Virus record (IMG/VR): IMGVR_UViG_3300046170_000470
DNA from: a virus
DNA: 64,000 nucleotides
Reading direction: 5' to 3' (one strand)
Position numbers and translations under genes: made by a program. This document shows positions 7,586-17,648 of the stretch, one piece after another. Below the pieces are notes generated by a model. The model saw only the letters and a program-made list of their open reading frames with translations. It searched no databases and was not told where the DNA came from. Every line of letters starts with the position of its first letter. Position 1 is the stretch's first letter.

Positions 7586-10119
7586 GTTTAGTAAACGAAT
7601 TAATAAAAGGGTTATTACCTGAAGAGGAAAAAAAACAAACTACAGCAGTATATGCTGGTGGTTTTAAACCACCTACTTCTGGTCATTTTGAAGTTGTACA
7701 ACAAGCACTTAAAAAAAACCCAGAAATAGACGAATTTATTATTTTTATAGGTAATAAAGAACGAAATGGTATTTCCCAATCCGAATCTTTATTAATATGG
7801 GAAATATATAATAATTATCTTCCATTTAAAGTTAAAATAGTTCCTACATCTGTACCACCAATTAAAGCCGTATATAATTTTGCTAAAGAACACCCCACTA
7901 GAGAAGTATTATGGGTTATAGGTGCTAGAGAAGGTAATGAAGAAGATTTTAAAGATATTACTTCACGTACTAAATCAATTTCAAAATATCCAAATTTGGA
8001 ACTTCGTACTATTGTAACAGCAGGTGGTGTATCAGGAACAGCTGCAAGGAATGCAGCCAAGGTATCACAAGAAAAGTTTGTAAAGTTCTTACCTGGGATG
8101 TTAAACCCAGAAGAAAGAACAGAAATATATAATATTGTAGCAGATAAAATACAAGAAGTGTTAACTAAAAATAATAAAACAGAAGACTATACTAAAAAAC
8201 AAAATATAAACGAAAATCTTCCAAAAGTTATTATATATAAAAATAATTTAGATATAACTTCAGAATATGATAGTTTAGTTGAGAATATACCCCCAACCCA
8301 ACTTCCTATAAGTAGTATATGTCTATTAGATTCCTATTTTTCTAAAAAAGAATATTTAAATGAAATCAGCAACAATAAGATTAAATCTTTAAAAATATCG
8401 GTATCAAACAAAAAACATATTCCCCCAATAGTAGTTAGGGAATATAAAAACAAATATCAAGTATTAGATGGAAACCATAGGTATATAAGTTATAAAGAAT
8501 TAAATAAAGAACATATTAATGCTATTGTACTACCTACAAATCAAGTAGCTGAAATAACTTCCCCCCAAGATTTAGATTTAATATTTGAAAAAATGTTTAA
8601 TAAATACCCGGATTTTAGGAAGTTTAATTATAACCCTTACATTGCTTCACTTACTAAACATATGTTGGATAATGGTATGAAATTAGAACCATTACCTCAA
8701 ATTCAGATGATCCATGACGATTATGAAAATGGAGAAGATTTATTTGGTAAAACAGCTTATTACAACCCAGGAAATAATTCAGTAGTACTTTTTACTTATG
8801 GTAGGCATCCTAAAGATATTTTACGATCTTATGCCCACGAATTAGTTCATGTTCATCAAAATATGGAAGATAGATTAACAGGTTTAGGTGCAAATACTGA
8901 TGTTAATCAAGATGACCATTTAGAACAAATCGAAAGAGAGGCGTACGAGACAGGAAATATAATGTTTAGAAGCTGGACTGATTCTATCACAGGAAATAAA
9001 TTAACCGAAGAATTATCAATTAATCCCAACCTTCCACCTATAGAAATGTTACAAAGTAAATTAAAAAGACTGAAAGGAAACTTTTTTGGATCTACTTTAA
9101 ATGAAGGCAAGAAAAAAGACCCATTTGGTTTAAATGAATCTTCCCAACCTACTTTTACAATGTATAGTGGTATAACAGGAGATGCATGGGAAAAAATTTG
9201 GAAAGATAAAAATTTTAAAGATAAAGTTACTAATATTACTAGTGATGAGGATTTTGCATTAGATTATTCATATAATTTTAAAACAGGAAAATATGAAGAT
9301 AAATATGTAAAAATTTCTAATATCCCTTTAGATGCATTTGTATCAGTTAGAGACAGAGATTATGAGGATGATGATGATTTTGAATCTATAGCAAATTTAG
9401 GTGATGAGGAAAAGATAAATGCAATAAAATATAATGATTTATTTTTAGTAAACTTATTTCCTTACAAATCTCAAATTAAAACTACATTAATTGATGATAG
9501 CTTAAATGAAAAGAAAAAACCATATAAACATAAATCTGGATTTAATCCCAAATTAGGTAAAGATCCATTTGGTTTAAATGCTTATGCTAGAGAATTAGCT
9601 ATGGGTTTAGAAGAACAAGAAAATCAATTTAAAGTTTATTTAGATATGGATGGTGTTATTGCTGATTTTGATCAACGTTTTAGAGATTTATCTGGAATGG
9701 AACCACGTGATTTTGAAAATAAATATGGTAAAAAAGCATTTTGGAATTTAATTGATGAAGAAAATAAAATTAAATTTTGGGTAGGAATACCTGAAATGCC
9801 TGGAGCTAAAGCTTTAGTTGATTATGTTAAAAAATATAATTTTGAATTGTTAACTTCCCCATCTGCTAAAAAACAATCATATTTAGGAAAAATATTATGG
9901 GTAAGAAATCATATAGGTTCCGTGTTTCCCTCAAAACCCCGTATTAACTTTAAGAAGGCAAAGGAGAAACACCTTGTTAAACCACAATTAACTAAAACCG
10001 ATATTCTAATAGATGATCGAGAAGACACAATTGAAAGATGGAATGCAGCAGGTGGTACAGGAATAGTATACAAAAATATAAGCCAAGTACTAAACGACTT
10101 GGGTAAATTAGGTTTATGA
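7582..10119 (+). CDS. Multidomain polyprotein: HxGH nucleotidyltransferase + ParB/Srx-like + HExxH metallopeptidase + possible ART-like + HAD 5'(3')-nucleotidase
   Basis: GGFKPPTSGH...SGTAAR; PPIVV...VLDGNHR; AHELVH...EREAY; MYSG...ITSDEDFALDY; YLDMDGVIADF...LIDD. Confidence 0.75.
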   Translation: MSLVNELIKGLLPEEEKKQTTAVYAGGFKPPTSGHFEVVQQALKKNPEIDEFIIFIGNKERNGISQSESLLIWEIYNNYLPFKVKIVPTSVPPIKAVYNFAKEHPTREVLWVIGAREGNEEDFKDITSRTKSISKYPNLELRTIVTAGGVSGTAARNAAKVSQEKFVKFLPGMLNPEERTEIYNIVADKIQEVLTKNNKTEDYTKKQNINENLPKVIIYKNNLDITSEYDSLVENIPPTQLPISSICLLDSYFSKKEYLNEISNNKIKSLKISVSNKKHIPPIVVREYKNKYQVLDGNHRYISYKELNKEHINAIVLPTNQVAEITSPQDLDLIFEKMFNKYPDFRKFNYNPYIASLTKHMLDNGMKLEPLPQIQMIHDDYENGEDLFGKTAYYNPGNNSVVLFTYGRHPKDILRSYAHELVHVHQNMEDRLTGLGANTDVNQDDHLEQIEREAYETGNIMFRSWTDSITGNKLTEELSINPNLPPIEMLQSKLKRLKGNFFGSTLNEGKKKDPFGLNESSQPTFTMYSGITGDAWEKIWKDKNFKDKVTNITSDEDFALDYSYNFKTGKYEDKYVKISNIPLDAFVSVRDRDYEDDDDFESIANLGDEEKINAIKYNDLFLVNLFPYKSQIKTTLIDDSLNEKKKPYKHKSGFNPKLGKDPFGLNAYARELAMGLEEQENQFKVYLDMDGVIADFDQRFRDLSGMEPRDFENKYGKKAFWNLIDEENKIKFWVGIPEMPGAKALVDYVKKYNFELLTSPSAKKQSYLGKILWVRNHIGSVFPSKPRINFKKAKEKHLVKPQLTKTDILIDDREDTIERWNAAGGTGIVYKNISQVLNDLGKLGL
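9115..9580 (+). repeat. 22-bp direct repeat pair (9115-9136, 9559-9580) encoding KDPFGLN
   Basis: aaagacccatttggtttaaatg vs aaagatccatttggtttaaatg, one mismatch. Confidence 0.9.
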
Positions 10120-10688
10120 AAGACAACGTTCTAAAAAAAGATTTTCAAGAAAGAGACGTACAAAGACTACGTAATTTAATTCAAGGTAAACAAGGAGAAA
10201 AAACACGTTCTAGTGTTGGTTTCTCTAAAGCAGATGAATTTTATGCTGAAGGTGATATCTGGGAATCAAATGGTCGTACTTGGACTATTAAAGATGGTAT
10301 CAAACAGAATATTACTAAATTAGATAAAGCTAAAAAGGCACACGTTATGCCTTTATTTTGCCCCAAGTGTAAAAAGGTAATGAAAAATCGTAATGATAAG
10401 CCTTTTTATAATTTACATAAGATGTGTTTTAATTGTGTTGTAGATTTTGAGCATGAATTAAAAAAGGAAGATAAATGGGAGGAATACCAACGTAGTATCA
10501 AAAACAACGAGATAGATAATCAAATAGCTGAGTTTAAACTTTGGATTAAAGAAAAACTTGAAGAAAGTAATGATGGTTTTATTTCAGAAGATGGTGATAT
10601 GGAAAAATGGGTAGGGAAAATAGATAAAGATAAAGTAGAACAATATGTTAAAGAAGTTGAAGAATATTTAACTTCACTTAAGCAATAA
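10116..10688 (+). CDS. Hypothetical protein with Zn ribbon
   Basis: CPKC...CFNC. Confidence 0.7.
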   Translation: MKDNVLKKDFQERDVQRLRNLIQGKQGEKTRSSVGFSKADEFYAEGDIWESNGRTWTIKDGIKQNITKLDKAKKAHVMPLFCPKCKKVMKNRNDKPFYNLHKMCFNCVVDFEHELKKEDKWEEYQRSIKNNEIDNQIAEFKLWIKEKLEESNDGFISEDGDMEKWVGKIDKDKVEQYVKEVEEYLTSLKQ

Positions 10689-10725
10689 CCTTACATATTT
10701 ATAACAATATAATAATATTATAATT

Positions 10726-11688
10726 ATGAAAGATAATTTTGACGTACACAGTTGGAATCAAAAACGTTATTTGGGTAAATTAAATGAAAATAAATCCCAT
10801 CTAGAATTTTTATCTAAGTATTTGGGTTCTATGTACCCAAATTTAAGATTTGATATTAGTGACCATACAGAAAGAATTGATGTAAGAGGATCCCAACAAG
10901 ATATGATGGATTGGGGTGACGAAAATCATGGAAAGAAATTTGGAGAATTTGAAGTATTCCATGTAGATGATGATGACAGAGGAGAAATTGTCCGTATCGT
11001 AAAATCAGATAGTATATTAAGAGAAAATGTAGAAGAAGGTATAGTTAAAGATATGCATACATTTTTAAATGATTTAAGAGATTCAGGAGTGACTAATATG
11101 TTTGGTGCTGCTCCTTATCTACAAAAAGAATTTGGTATAGATCAAAAATCGGCAAGAGAAGTATTAGCTAATTGGATGCAATCATTTAGTGAAAATTTGC
11201 AATATAAAGATAGGAAACTAAGCCACGAAGAAGAAGATAGATTAGACTTAATTGCACATCGTGAATTCGATGGTGTAAGCTTTAGTAAATTATCTGATGA
11301 GGATAAAGCAAAAGTATTTGCACAAAGAGATAAAGTAGGTGTTAAAGAATCTATAACAAAAAAAGAAGATGATGAATTTGCAGGATCAGACCCTAAAGCA
11401 GGTTCAACTATTCAAGGTACTGGGTTTAATTGGAAGCCAAAAGATTCAATTAAAGAAACAATTAAATTTATCAAAGAAAATAATCCTGAATTTACAACAG
11501 AAGAAATAGCTACTGAACTTAAAGAAATTAAAGAATTAGGTAGTCAATTAAACGAAAAACTTTGTAAAAAAGGCGAAGCATATCGTAAACGTAGAATGGC
11601 TGCAGGTGAAAAATCATCAGCTTATTTATCTGGTCGTGCTGTTAAAGTATGTAAAGGTCAAATGAGTGGTAAAAAAAAGAAAAAATAA
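10726..11688 (+). CDS. Putative modular internal head protein
   Basis: Late motif at 10695; segments delimited by LNE, LRE/VEE, VKE, IKE, LNE; basic Cys-containing C-terminal module. Confidence 0.6.
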   Translation: MKDNFDVHSWNQKRYLGKLNENKSHLEFLSKYLGSMYPNLRFDISDHTERIDVRGSQQDMMDWGDENHGKKFGEFEVFHVDDDDRGEIVRIVKSDSILRENVEEGIVKDMHTFLNDLRDSGVTNMFGAAPYLQKEFGIDQKSAREVLANWMQSFSENLQYKDRKLSHEEEDRLDLIAHREFDGVSFSKLSDEDKAKVFAQRDKVGVKESITKKEDDEFAGSDPKAGSTIQGTGFNWKPKDSIKETIKFIKENNPEFTTEEIATELKEIKELGSQLNEKLCKKGEAYRKRRMAAGEKSSAYLSGRAVKVCKGQMSGKKKKK

Positions 11689-12287
11689 TGGATACATTTG
11701 ATTTAAAAAAATATTTAGCCGAAGGTAGATTATATGAAGATGAAACAGCGGATTTAGATAAAGCTATGGCTAAGGGTTTATCTGCTCTAGAAATGGGAGA
11801 TTCATCTTTAGAAGATGAAGATTTATCTCAAGTAGTAAAAGAGGATAAGGAACAATTAAATGAATCTATTACTGGATTAGTAGTAGGTGGGATTTTAGCT
11901 GCTCCTAAACTTATACAATGGTTAGGAAAAAGTATTGGTGCTATAGGCAAATTACTTGGTAAAGATGAAAGTTCAATTGCTAAAGGAATTACAAAATTTG
12001 GTCCTAAATGGGAAAAACTTTATGTTAAAGCTATTGCTGCGGTTATAAAAGCAACAGGGTTTGCTAAATCCTTATGGATGAAAGATGGGAAACAAAATGA
12101 TAAAGATTTATATGCTGTTTCTAAAGTAGTATTTGGTGTAATATTAGCAGTAGCAGCAGGGAATGCTATATCTGCTGCTGTAAGTACTTCCTCTCCTATT
12201 ATAGCGGCATTAGAAAGTATATTTGGTGGAACTAAAGTAGCTGAAATAATTGGTATTGTACCTAAAGTAGCTAAAGCTGTAGCATAA
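11688..12287 (+). CDS. Putative internal protein with hydrophobic/amphipathic helices
   Basis: Leader MDTFDLKKYLAE, acidic linker to QLNE, then Ala/Gly/Ile-rich helices. Confidence 0.6.
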   Translation: MDTFDLKKYLAEGRLYEDETADLDKAMAKGLSALEMGDSSLEDEDLSQVVKEDKEQLNESITGLVVGGILAAPKLIQWLGKSIGAIGKLLGKDESSIAKGITKFGPKWEKLYVKAIAAVIKATGFAKSLWMKDGKQNDKDLYAVSKVVFGVILAVAAGNAISAAVSTSSPIIAALESIFGGTKVAEIIGIVPKVAKAVA

Positions 12288-12562
12288 TGACACAAGAACA
12301 ACTAACAGAAAGAATACAAGAATCACTACGTGATTGGTTTAAAAAAGAAGATTGGGTTAGAATCAATACTTCAGGTAATATTTCTGGTAAGTGTGGTACA
12401 ATGAAAAAAGGTAAAGCTACAACAAGGTGCTTGCCCAGAAAGAAAGCACAATCACTTACAAAAGCAGAGCGTAAAGCTACGGTTGCTAAAAAAGTTAGAG
12501 GAGATAAAAAGGGAAAGCAATTTGTGAAAAACACAAAAAAAGCAGAATTTAAAAAAAAATAA
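12287..12562 (+). CDS. Small basic protein (DUF5872-like)
   Basis: IQE then SLRDWFKKEDWVRI...CG...RCLP; K/R-rich. Confidence 0.55.
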   Translation: MTQEQLTERIQESLRDWFKKEDWVRINTSGNISGKCGTMKKGKATTRCLPRKKAQSLTKAERKATVAKKVRGDKKGKQFVKNTKKAEFKKK

Positions 12563-13318
12563 ATGAGGTTATTATGTTTACTATTTATACTACTTTTTAC
12601 AAGTTGTGGAATTGGATTTCAATACACAACATTAAATCATACGGGTCATATTGACGGCATTTACTCATCTAATGACTATAAAATAGATACATTAAATGAA
12701 TTTCAAGTTCGGAATAAATTAAGAACTGATTTTAATTTTAGATACGATTTTGCACAATATGCTTTATCCCAACCAGCTTCATTTGATTGGAATAATCGTT
12801 TACTAGGTAATAGATATAACTGGAACAGACCGTATTGGGGTTATAGTTACTATTGGGATAGAACACAAATGTGGAATGATTGGGTATGGGGTTATCCTTA
12901 TTCTAATTGGAGGTATAACAACTGGTATAGTTGGAATAGACCTTATTTAGGATGGAATAACTATAATTGGAATAATTGGGGTTGGAGAAATCAAATGAAT
13001 AATTATGCTTGGGTATACAGAAATAGACCTAATACTGTTCGTATAAATGGTTATAGAACTTCTAATAGAACATCTACTCGTACTATTATAAATAACTCAA
13101 ATAGGAGAACAACCCCTTCAGTTAATGTTAACAATAACAGAACTATTAGAGTAAATAAACCAAGAATTAATAATTCTAGACCTACAATTAATAATAACTC
13201 TAGACCAAGGGTTAATAATAATTCAAGACCATCTTCAACAATAAGAACAACCCCACGTACTTCTACTCGATCTAGCAATACTAGAACAGTAAGAAGTAAT
13301 TCTAGGAGAAAAAACTAA
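12563..13318 (+). CDS. Lipoprotein with W/Y/N-rich and R/N/S-rich low-complexity regions
   Basis: Hydrophobic signal with lipobox FTSC; WNN/WGY and NNSRP repeats. Confidence 0.75.
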   Translation: MRLLCLLFILLFTSCGIGFQYTTLNHTGHIDGIYSSNDYKIDTLNEFQVRNKLRTDFNFRYDFAQYALSQPASFDWNNRLLGNRYNWNRPYWGYSYYWDRTQMWNDWVWGYPYSNWRYNNWYSWNRPYLGWNNYNWNNWGWRNQMNNYAWVYRNRPNTVRINGYRTSNRTSTRTIINNSNRRTTPSVNVNNNRTIRVNKPRINNSRPTINNNSRPRVNNNSRPSSTIRTTPRTSTRSSNTRTVRSNSRRKN

Positions 13319-13343
13319 TATTTATAAATAAAAATATACTATA

Positions 13344-13820
13344 ATGAGCGATTTTAATTATCAAGCGTATTTAAAAAATAATCCCTTACTTCAAGAAGAA
13401 GTTAAAGAGGAAAAATTACTTACTGAATCTCAAGAAATTGATGAAACAGTAGAAGAAACTGTTGAGGAAGTAGCCGAAGAAACCACTGAAGAAATTCAGG
13501 AAGAAGTTCCTTCATCTAAAATTAAAGTATCTGAACTCAAAGCTAAAATTAAAGAAAATATTATTTCTTTACTTCAAGAAGAAGAAGATGAAGTAGATAT
13601 TGAAGATGAAATTGAAGCAGATGATGTTGAAGTAGATATTGAAGAACCAACAGTAGATACAACTTCCCCTGAAGTTGGCCTTTCATCTGATGAACAAGAA
13701 ATCCAAGATAGTTTAAAACTAGCCTACGATAATGCAGTTGCTATTGGAGACGAAAAACTAGCCGATCAAATCGGTAACTCAATTACATTCTTTACTAGAA
13801 CTCACGTTGTAGAAAGATAA
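13344..13820 (+). CDS. Acidic putative head/core protein
   Basis: Late motif at 13318; many [ILV]-x-E sites (LQE, LTE, IDE, VEE). Confidence 0.6.
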   Translation: MSDFNYQAYLKNNPLLQEEVKEEKLLTESQEIDETVEETVEEVAEETTEEIQEEVPSSKIKVSELKAKIKENIISLLQEEEDEVDIEDEIEADDVEVDIEEPTVDTTSPEVGLSSDEQEIQDSLKLAYDNAVAIGDEKLADQIGNSITFFTRTHVVER

Positions 13821-13821
13821 G

Positions 13822-16140
13822 ATGTTAAACGAACGTAAACTCACCGAAAATGAGATAGAGCAAAGGAAAATCGCTCTCAAAGGTTTGTTGAAAAACAAAC
13901 GTGCTCTAGTTAAAAAATACGGTGCGGATGCGGAAAAAGTTATGTACGGAATAGCCACTAAACAGGCAAAGAAAAAAGTTGAAAATATGAACTTGGACAA
14001 ACTCAAAGAAATGATCCAGGATGCCCTTACTGTTAAGGAAGCATCCCCTTTTGTATTAGCAGCAGACGCAGCTAAAGATGCAGGTAAAAAAGAATTCGAA
14101 TTTCCTGAAGGAAGTGGAAAAATGCACCCTGTTACAATTAAACAGGATATTAAAGAAGATAAATTTTCTAACGCTGCAATGAATGATATAATGCAAAGTG
14201 TCAGAAATCTTGCTCATACTACAGGTATGGATGAATTAGAAGCTGCAGAAATAGCAATTAACGAAATTAAAATTGAATTTGGTGTTGATGCTTTCCATGA
14301 ATCAGTAAATGAAGATCTAGATGTAGGACATCAAGATGACGAACCTCAAATGCTAAAATCAGATTTATATAGAATAGCTAAATATGCAGCTGAACTATAT
14401 AAAATGATGGACAAATATGATCAAGGTGGAGAAGTAGATTTTCCACATTGGTGGCAAGCTAAAGTTATCAAAGCAAGAGATTATATGGTAGCTGCTAAAC
14501 ACTATTTAGATGGTGAAGAAAAAGTAGACCAAATCGATGCTATGTTAGGTGTTAATGAAATAGATAATAGTGAATATGCTATGAAGCTTAGAGCACTTAA
14601 ATCACAACCTGAACCATCTAGAGGTGGAATTGATTACGATGAAGCTTTAACCTTAAGAGGTATGAAAGCTGAAATCGAAGCTGAAATTGCCCAATTATTC
14701 AGAGATATGGAGCAAGAAGCTGAACCAGAAGGTGGGCCAATTGCAGATAGATATGGTGATAAGTTAAATAAATTAGAAGATCGTTTATATAAAATCAACA
14801 AACAACTTCGTGATTATGATATGAACGAAGAAATGGCAGTATTTTCCTCAAAAGAAGATGAAGATAAGTACATTGAAAAAATGGTAGCTAAAACTCTTGA
14901 AAAAGAAAAAGAAAAAAAGAAAAAAGGAATAAACGAAGAAATGGATGATGGCCCATTATTTAAATATTTTAAAGCACAAGGATACGATGTAAAGGGACGT
15001 AGTGCTGACGGTAGTAAACCTGGATTTAAAGGATACCAAGTAAGTAGAGGTAACGATAGATATCCTCAATCGGTAATATTCCAATATAATAAAGATACTA
15101 ACAAATTTACTATCAGCAGAATGAGCGGTTATAGAATTGATCAAGATGAGGCAATTAAAGCTGGAATGAGAGAAAAAGGCCGTTCAGGAGCAGTTGGTAT
15201 GGATTCTTGGATGACAGATGGGAACTGGACACCAGTAAATATAGATGCTGAAGACTTAAAAGATATTGTTGATCATGTAATGACTGGTATAGAAAGAGAA
15301 TCTAAAGCACAAACAGACTTTTATGCTAAAAGAGGACCAACATCAGGTACTATAGATGAAGATACAGTTAAGGAACTTTATGATAAAGACTTTAACTATG
15401 ATAGTATAAGCATGGATAACGTAAAAGGTATGGATCTCAAACCCGGAAAATATCAAATGATATTTAAACATAAAAATGGCAACCTTGACCAAAGAAACTA
15501 CCCTGATTTAAGATCTTTTACAGCAGGTGCTACTCAATTTTTTGAATACGAACATTTTTTGAAAAAATTTGGAATTGAAGATAAAGTACGCTCGGGTGAG
15601 ATTAAGCTTAACCAACATGAAGATGAATTTGTAGACAAATATTTTGATGAAATCATTGATTTAATTAATAATTCTTCTAACGTTATTCTTTTAGTAAACG
15701 GTAAACCAGTAGCAGGTGGAACTATAAATGAAGAAAAAGGTCAATCGTTTTTTGATATGACAAGAGCTGAATTAATAGATTTCCTCAATACTACTGAAGA
15801 CAAAGTAGAAGACATGTCTTATAAAGAATTAAGAGATGCTGCTATTGAAAAAAATTATGATCTTAAAGAAGAAAAAATCGAAGTAGACGCTGATACTAAA
15901 TTTGAATTACCTTTAAAACATCTTATCCAAAAACACGTTAAAGAAGTAATGGATAGTAGAAAGAAAAAAGGATTCAAAGCAGGTGATAAAGTAACATACT
16001 TAGGACACCCAGGTGAAATTACTAAAGTTAACAAAGAAGTTACCGGTGATATTTCTTACAATGTATCATATGATAAAGGTAATGGTAAAACTAAGGCATC
16101 AAACATCTATAATAAAGGTGGTGAAATAAAAGCAGTATAA
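13822..16140 (+). CDS. Putative modular polyprotein (internal head protein)
   Basis: About 10 short segments bounded by VKE, IKE, VNE, VNE, MNE, INE, IDE, INE, LKE, VKE; C-terminal SH3/KOW-like 'FKAGDKVTY'. Confidence 0.6.
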   Translation: MLNERKLTENEIEQRKIALKGLLKNKRALVKKYGADAEKVMYGIATKQAKKKVENMNLDKLKEMIQDALTVKEASPFVLAADAAKDAGKKEFEFPEGSGKMHPVTIKQDIKEDKFSNAAMNDIMQSVRNLAHTTGMDELEAAEIAINEIKIEFGVDAFHESVNEDLDVGHQDDEPQMLKSDLYRIAKYAAELYKMMDKYDQGGEVDFPHWWQAKVIKARDYMVAAKHYLDGEEKVDQIDAMLGVNEIDNSEYAMKLRALKSQPEPSRGGIDYDEALTLRGMKAEIEAEIAQLFRDMEQEAEPEGGPIADRYGDKLNKLEDRLYKINKQLRDYDMNEEMAVFSSKEDEDKYIEKMVAKTLEKEKEKKKKGINEEMDDGPLFKYFKAQGYDVKGRSADGSKPGFKGYQVSRGNDRYPQSVIFQYNKDTNKFTISRMSGYRIDQDEAIKAGMREKGRSGAVGMDSWMTDGNWTPVNIDAEDLKDIVDHVMTGIERESKAQTDFYAKRGPTSGTIDEDTVKELYDKDFNYDSISMDNVKGMDLKPGKYQMIFKHKNGNLDQRNYPDLRSFTAGATQFFEYEHFLKKFGIEDKVRSGEIKLNQHEDEFVDKYFDEIIDLINNSSNVILLVNGKPVAGGTINEEKGQSFFDMTRAELIDFLNTTEDKVEDMSYKELRDAAIEKNYDLKEEKIEVDADTKFELPLKHLIQKHVKEVMDSRKKKGFKAGDKVTYLGHPGEITKVNKEVTGDISYNVSYDKGNGKTKASNIYNKGGEIKAV

Positions 16141-16141
16141 C

Positions 16142-16576
16142 ATGACGGCATCAGAACTTAAAGAAAAAGTAAAAAGACTTGCTAAAAAAGTTTATCAAGA
16201 AAAAACTAAAGGAGATGATGCTGCTGTAGCATATGATGAATTAGTTAAATTCCCTGAACTTAAGGCAGTTATTATAGATTTACTTACAGCGGATTTTGAT
16301 AGTTTTTTAGAATCTGTTGATTGGGTATCACCTCGTCCATCTGCTTTTCGTGTAAATTTGTTGAATGGGCAAAATTTTATGCTTACATTCGATCCTAGAA
16401 GTTGGATAGCACAAGTAGAAGGTAAAAAATATTATTTACTTAACTTAGACGAAGAAGAAATGGCTGCTAAAGCTGTTTCTCGTATATTAGCTTACGGTCC
16501 TGCAAGTGGGGCAGCTGTTGAAGGTGATAATGATACTGTAGAGACAGAAGAAGAAATAGAAGTTGATGAAGAATAA
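16142..16576 (+). CDS. Hypothetical protein (putative head)
   Basis: Leader MTASELKE; acidic tail. Confidence 0.6.
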   Translation: MTASELKEKVKRLAKKVYQEKTKGDDAAVAYDELVKFPELKAVIIDLLTADFDSFLESVDWVSPRPSAFRVNLLNGQNFMLTFDPRSWIAQVEGKKYYLLNLDEEEMAAKAVSRILAYGPASGAAVEGDNDTVETEEEIEVDEE

Positions 16577-17647
16577 ATGGATATACTCGATAAAATATTA
16601 AAAGAACATAGTTGGAAGTTTCCTAAAGGATATCCTGACATGAATAGCAAAGAAGACAAAAATCTTCTTCAATCTATAGTTAATGGGTACCTAACAGAAG
16701 CAGAAGAAGAAATTGAACTTTCAGATGATAGAGAAGTCTTAAATGTTAAAGACGCAGAAGTTAAAGACCCATCTGGTGGCTCTCAGTCTTATAACGATAC
16801 TATTAGATTTGCTTTATATGGTAAAGATTGGCAAGGAAAACCAATACCAAGACCTAAGAAAAAATACCCATATCAACAAAATACATTTACAATTAATGTT
16901 GATTCATTAGATCAACAAATGTTTGATAAACTTTACCCAGTAAAACCACCTAAAGTAGGAAAAGAAATAGGTAGTGCCGGTTCTCTAGGAGTAGGAAATG
17001 GTGAAATCGCCTTATATTGGCTATACCAATTTTCAGAAAGTGCTAAAGTAGATGAAGGTAGGGAAAGCGATGATCCTGATTTATTTTTTAATGGTCAAGG
17101 AGTTGAGGTTAAATCTTGGGGTAAGCATGAAGGAATGCATGGTTTAGGTAGATTTGGTGCTGACAAAGAAAATTTATCATTACTTTCTATTATATTTGGG
17201 TTTAATGCTCTAGCAACAGTATTTGGTGAAGGGGAAAAAGTTCCTAAAACTATAAACCCAACAAATTTTAAAGGATCTGATTTAGTTACTGCTATGGAAA
17301 AAGTTAGTGAATTTAAAAGTATTATAGATGCAAACGAAACTTTAGCTACAAGTTATCCTTTATTTAAAAGTATTAAAGAAAATACTGATAGAGTTTATAG
17401 ACAATTAAAATTAACAGGAAGTGATTCTCCTGAAGAAATGGCTACAAAAATGGCTATTAAATTACTTGAACCAAAATTAAGTAGAAAACCCGGAGAGGGT
17501 AATCATTTAGCTAATGTAAAAGATGATGGAAATATTAAATTTTTCCAAATTCAATTTGCTAAGTTAAAAGATAGTGAAGATTTGTTAGACGATTTTGTTG
17601 TTAAACAAAGTGCAATAGGAATTAATTTTAATAAAATTTGGGGATAA
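16577..17647 (+). CDS. Putative head protein with PD-(D/E)xK nuclease-like domain
   Basis: GNGEIAL...DPDLFFNGQGVEVKS; leader ends YLTE. Confidence 0.5.
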   Translation: MDILDKILKEHSWKFPKGYPDMNSKEDKNLLQSIVNGYLTEAEEEIELSDDREVLNVKDAEVKDPSGGSQSYNDTIRFALYGKDWQGKPIPRPKKKYPYQQNTFTINVDSLDQQMFDKLYPVKPPKVGKEIGSAGSLGVGNGEIALYWLYQFSESAKVDEGRESDDPDLFFNGQGVEVKSWGKHEGMHGLGRFGADKENLSLLSIIFGFNALATVFGEGEKVPKTINPTNFKGSDLVTAMEKVSEFKSIIDANETLATSYPLFKSIKENTDRVYRQLKLTGSDSPEEMATKMAIKLLEPKLSRKPGEGNHLANVKDDGNIKFFQIQFAKLKDSEDLLDDFVVKQSAIGINFNKIWG

Positions 17648-17648
17648 T

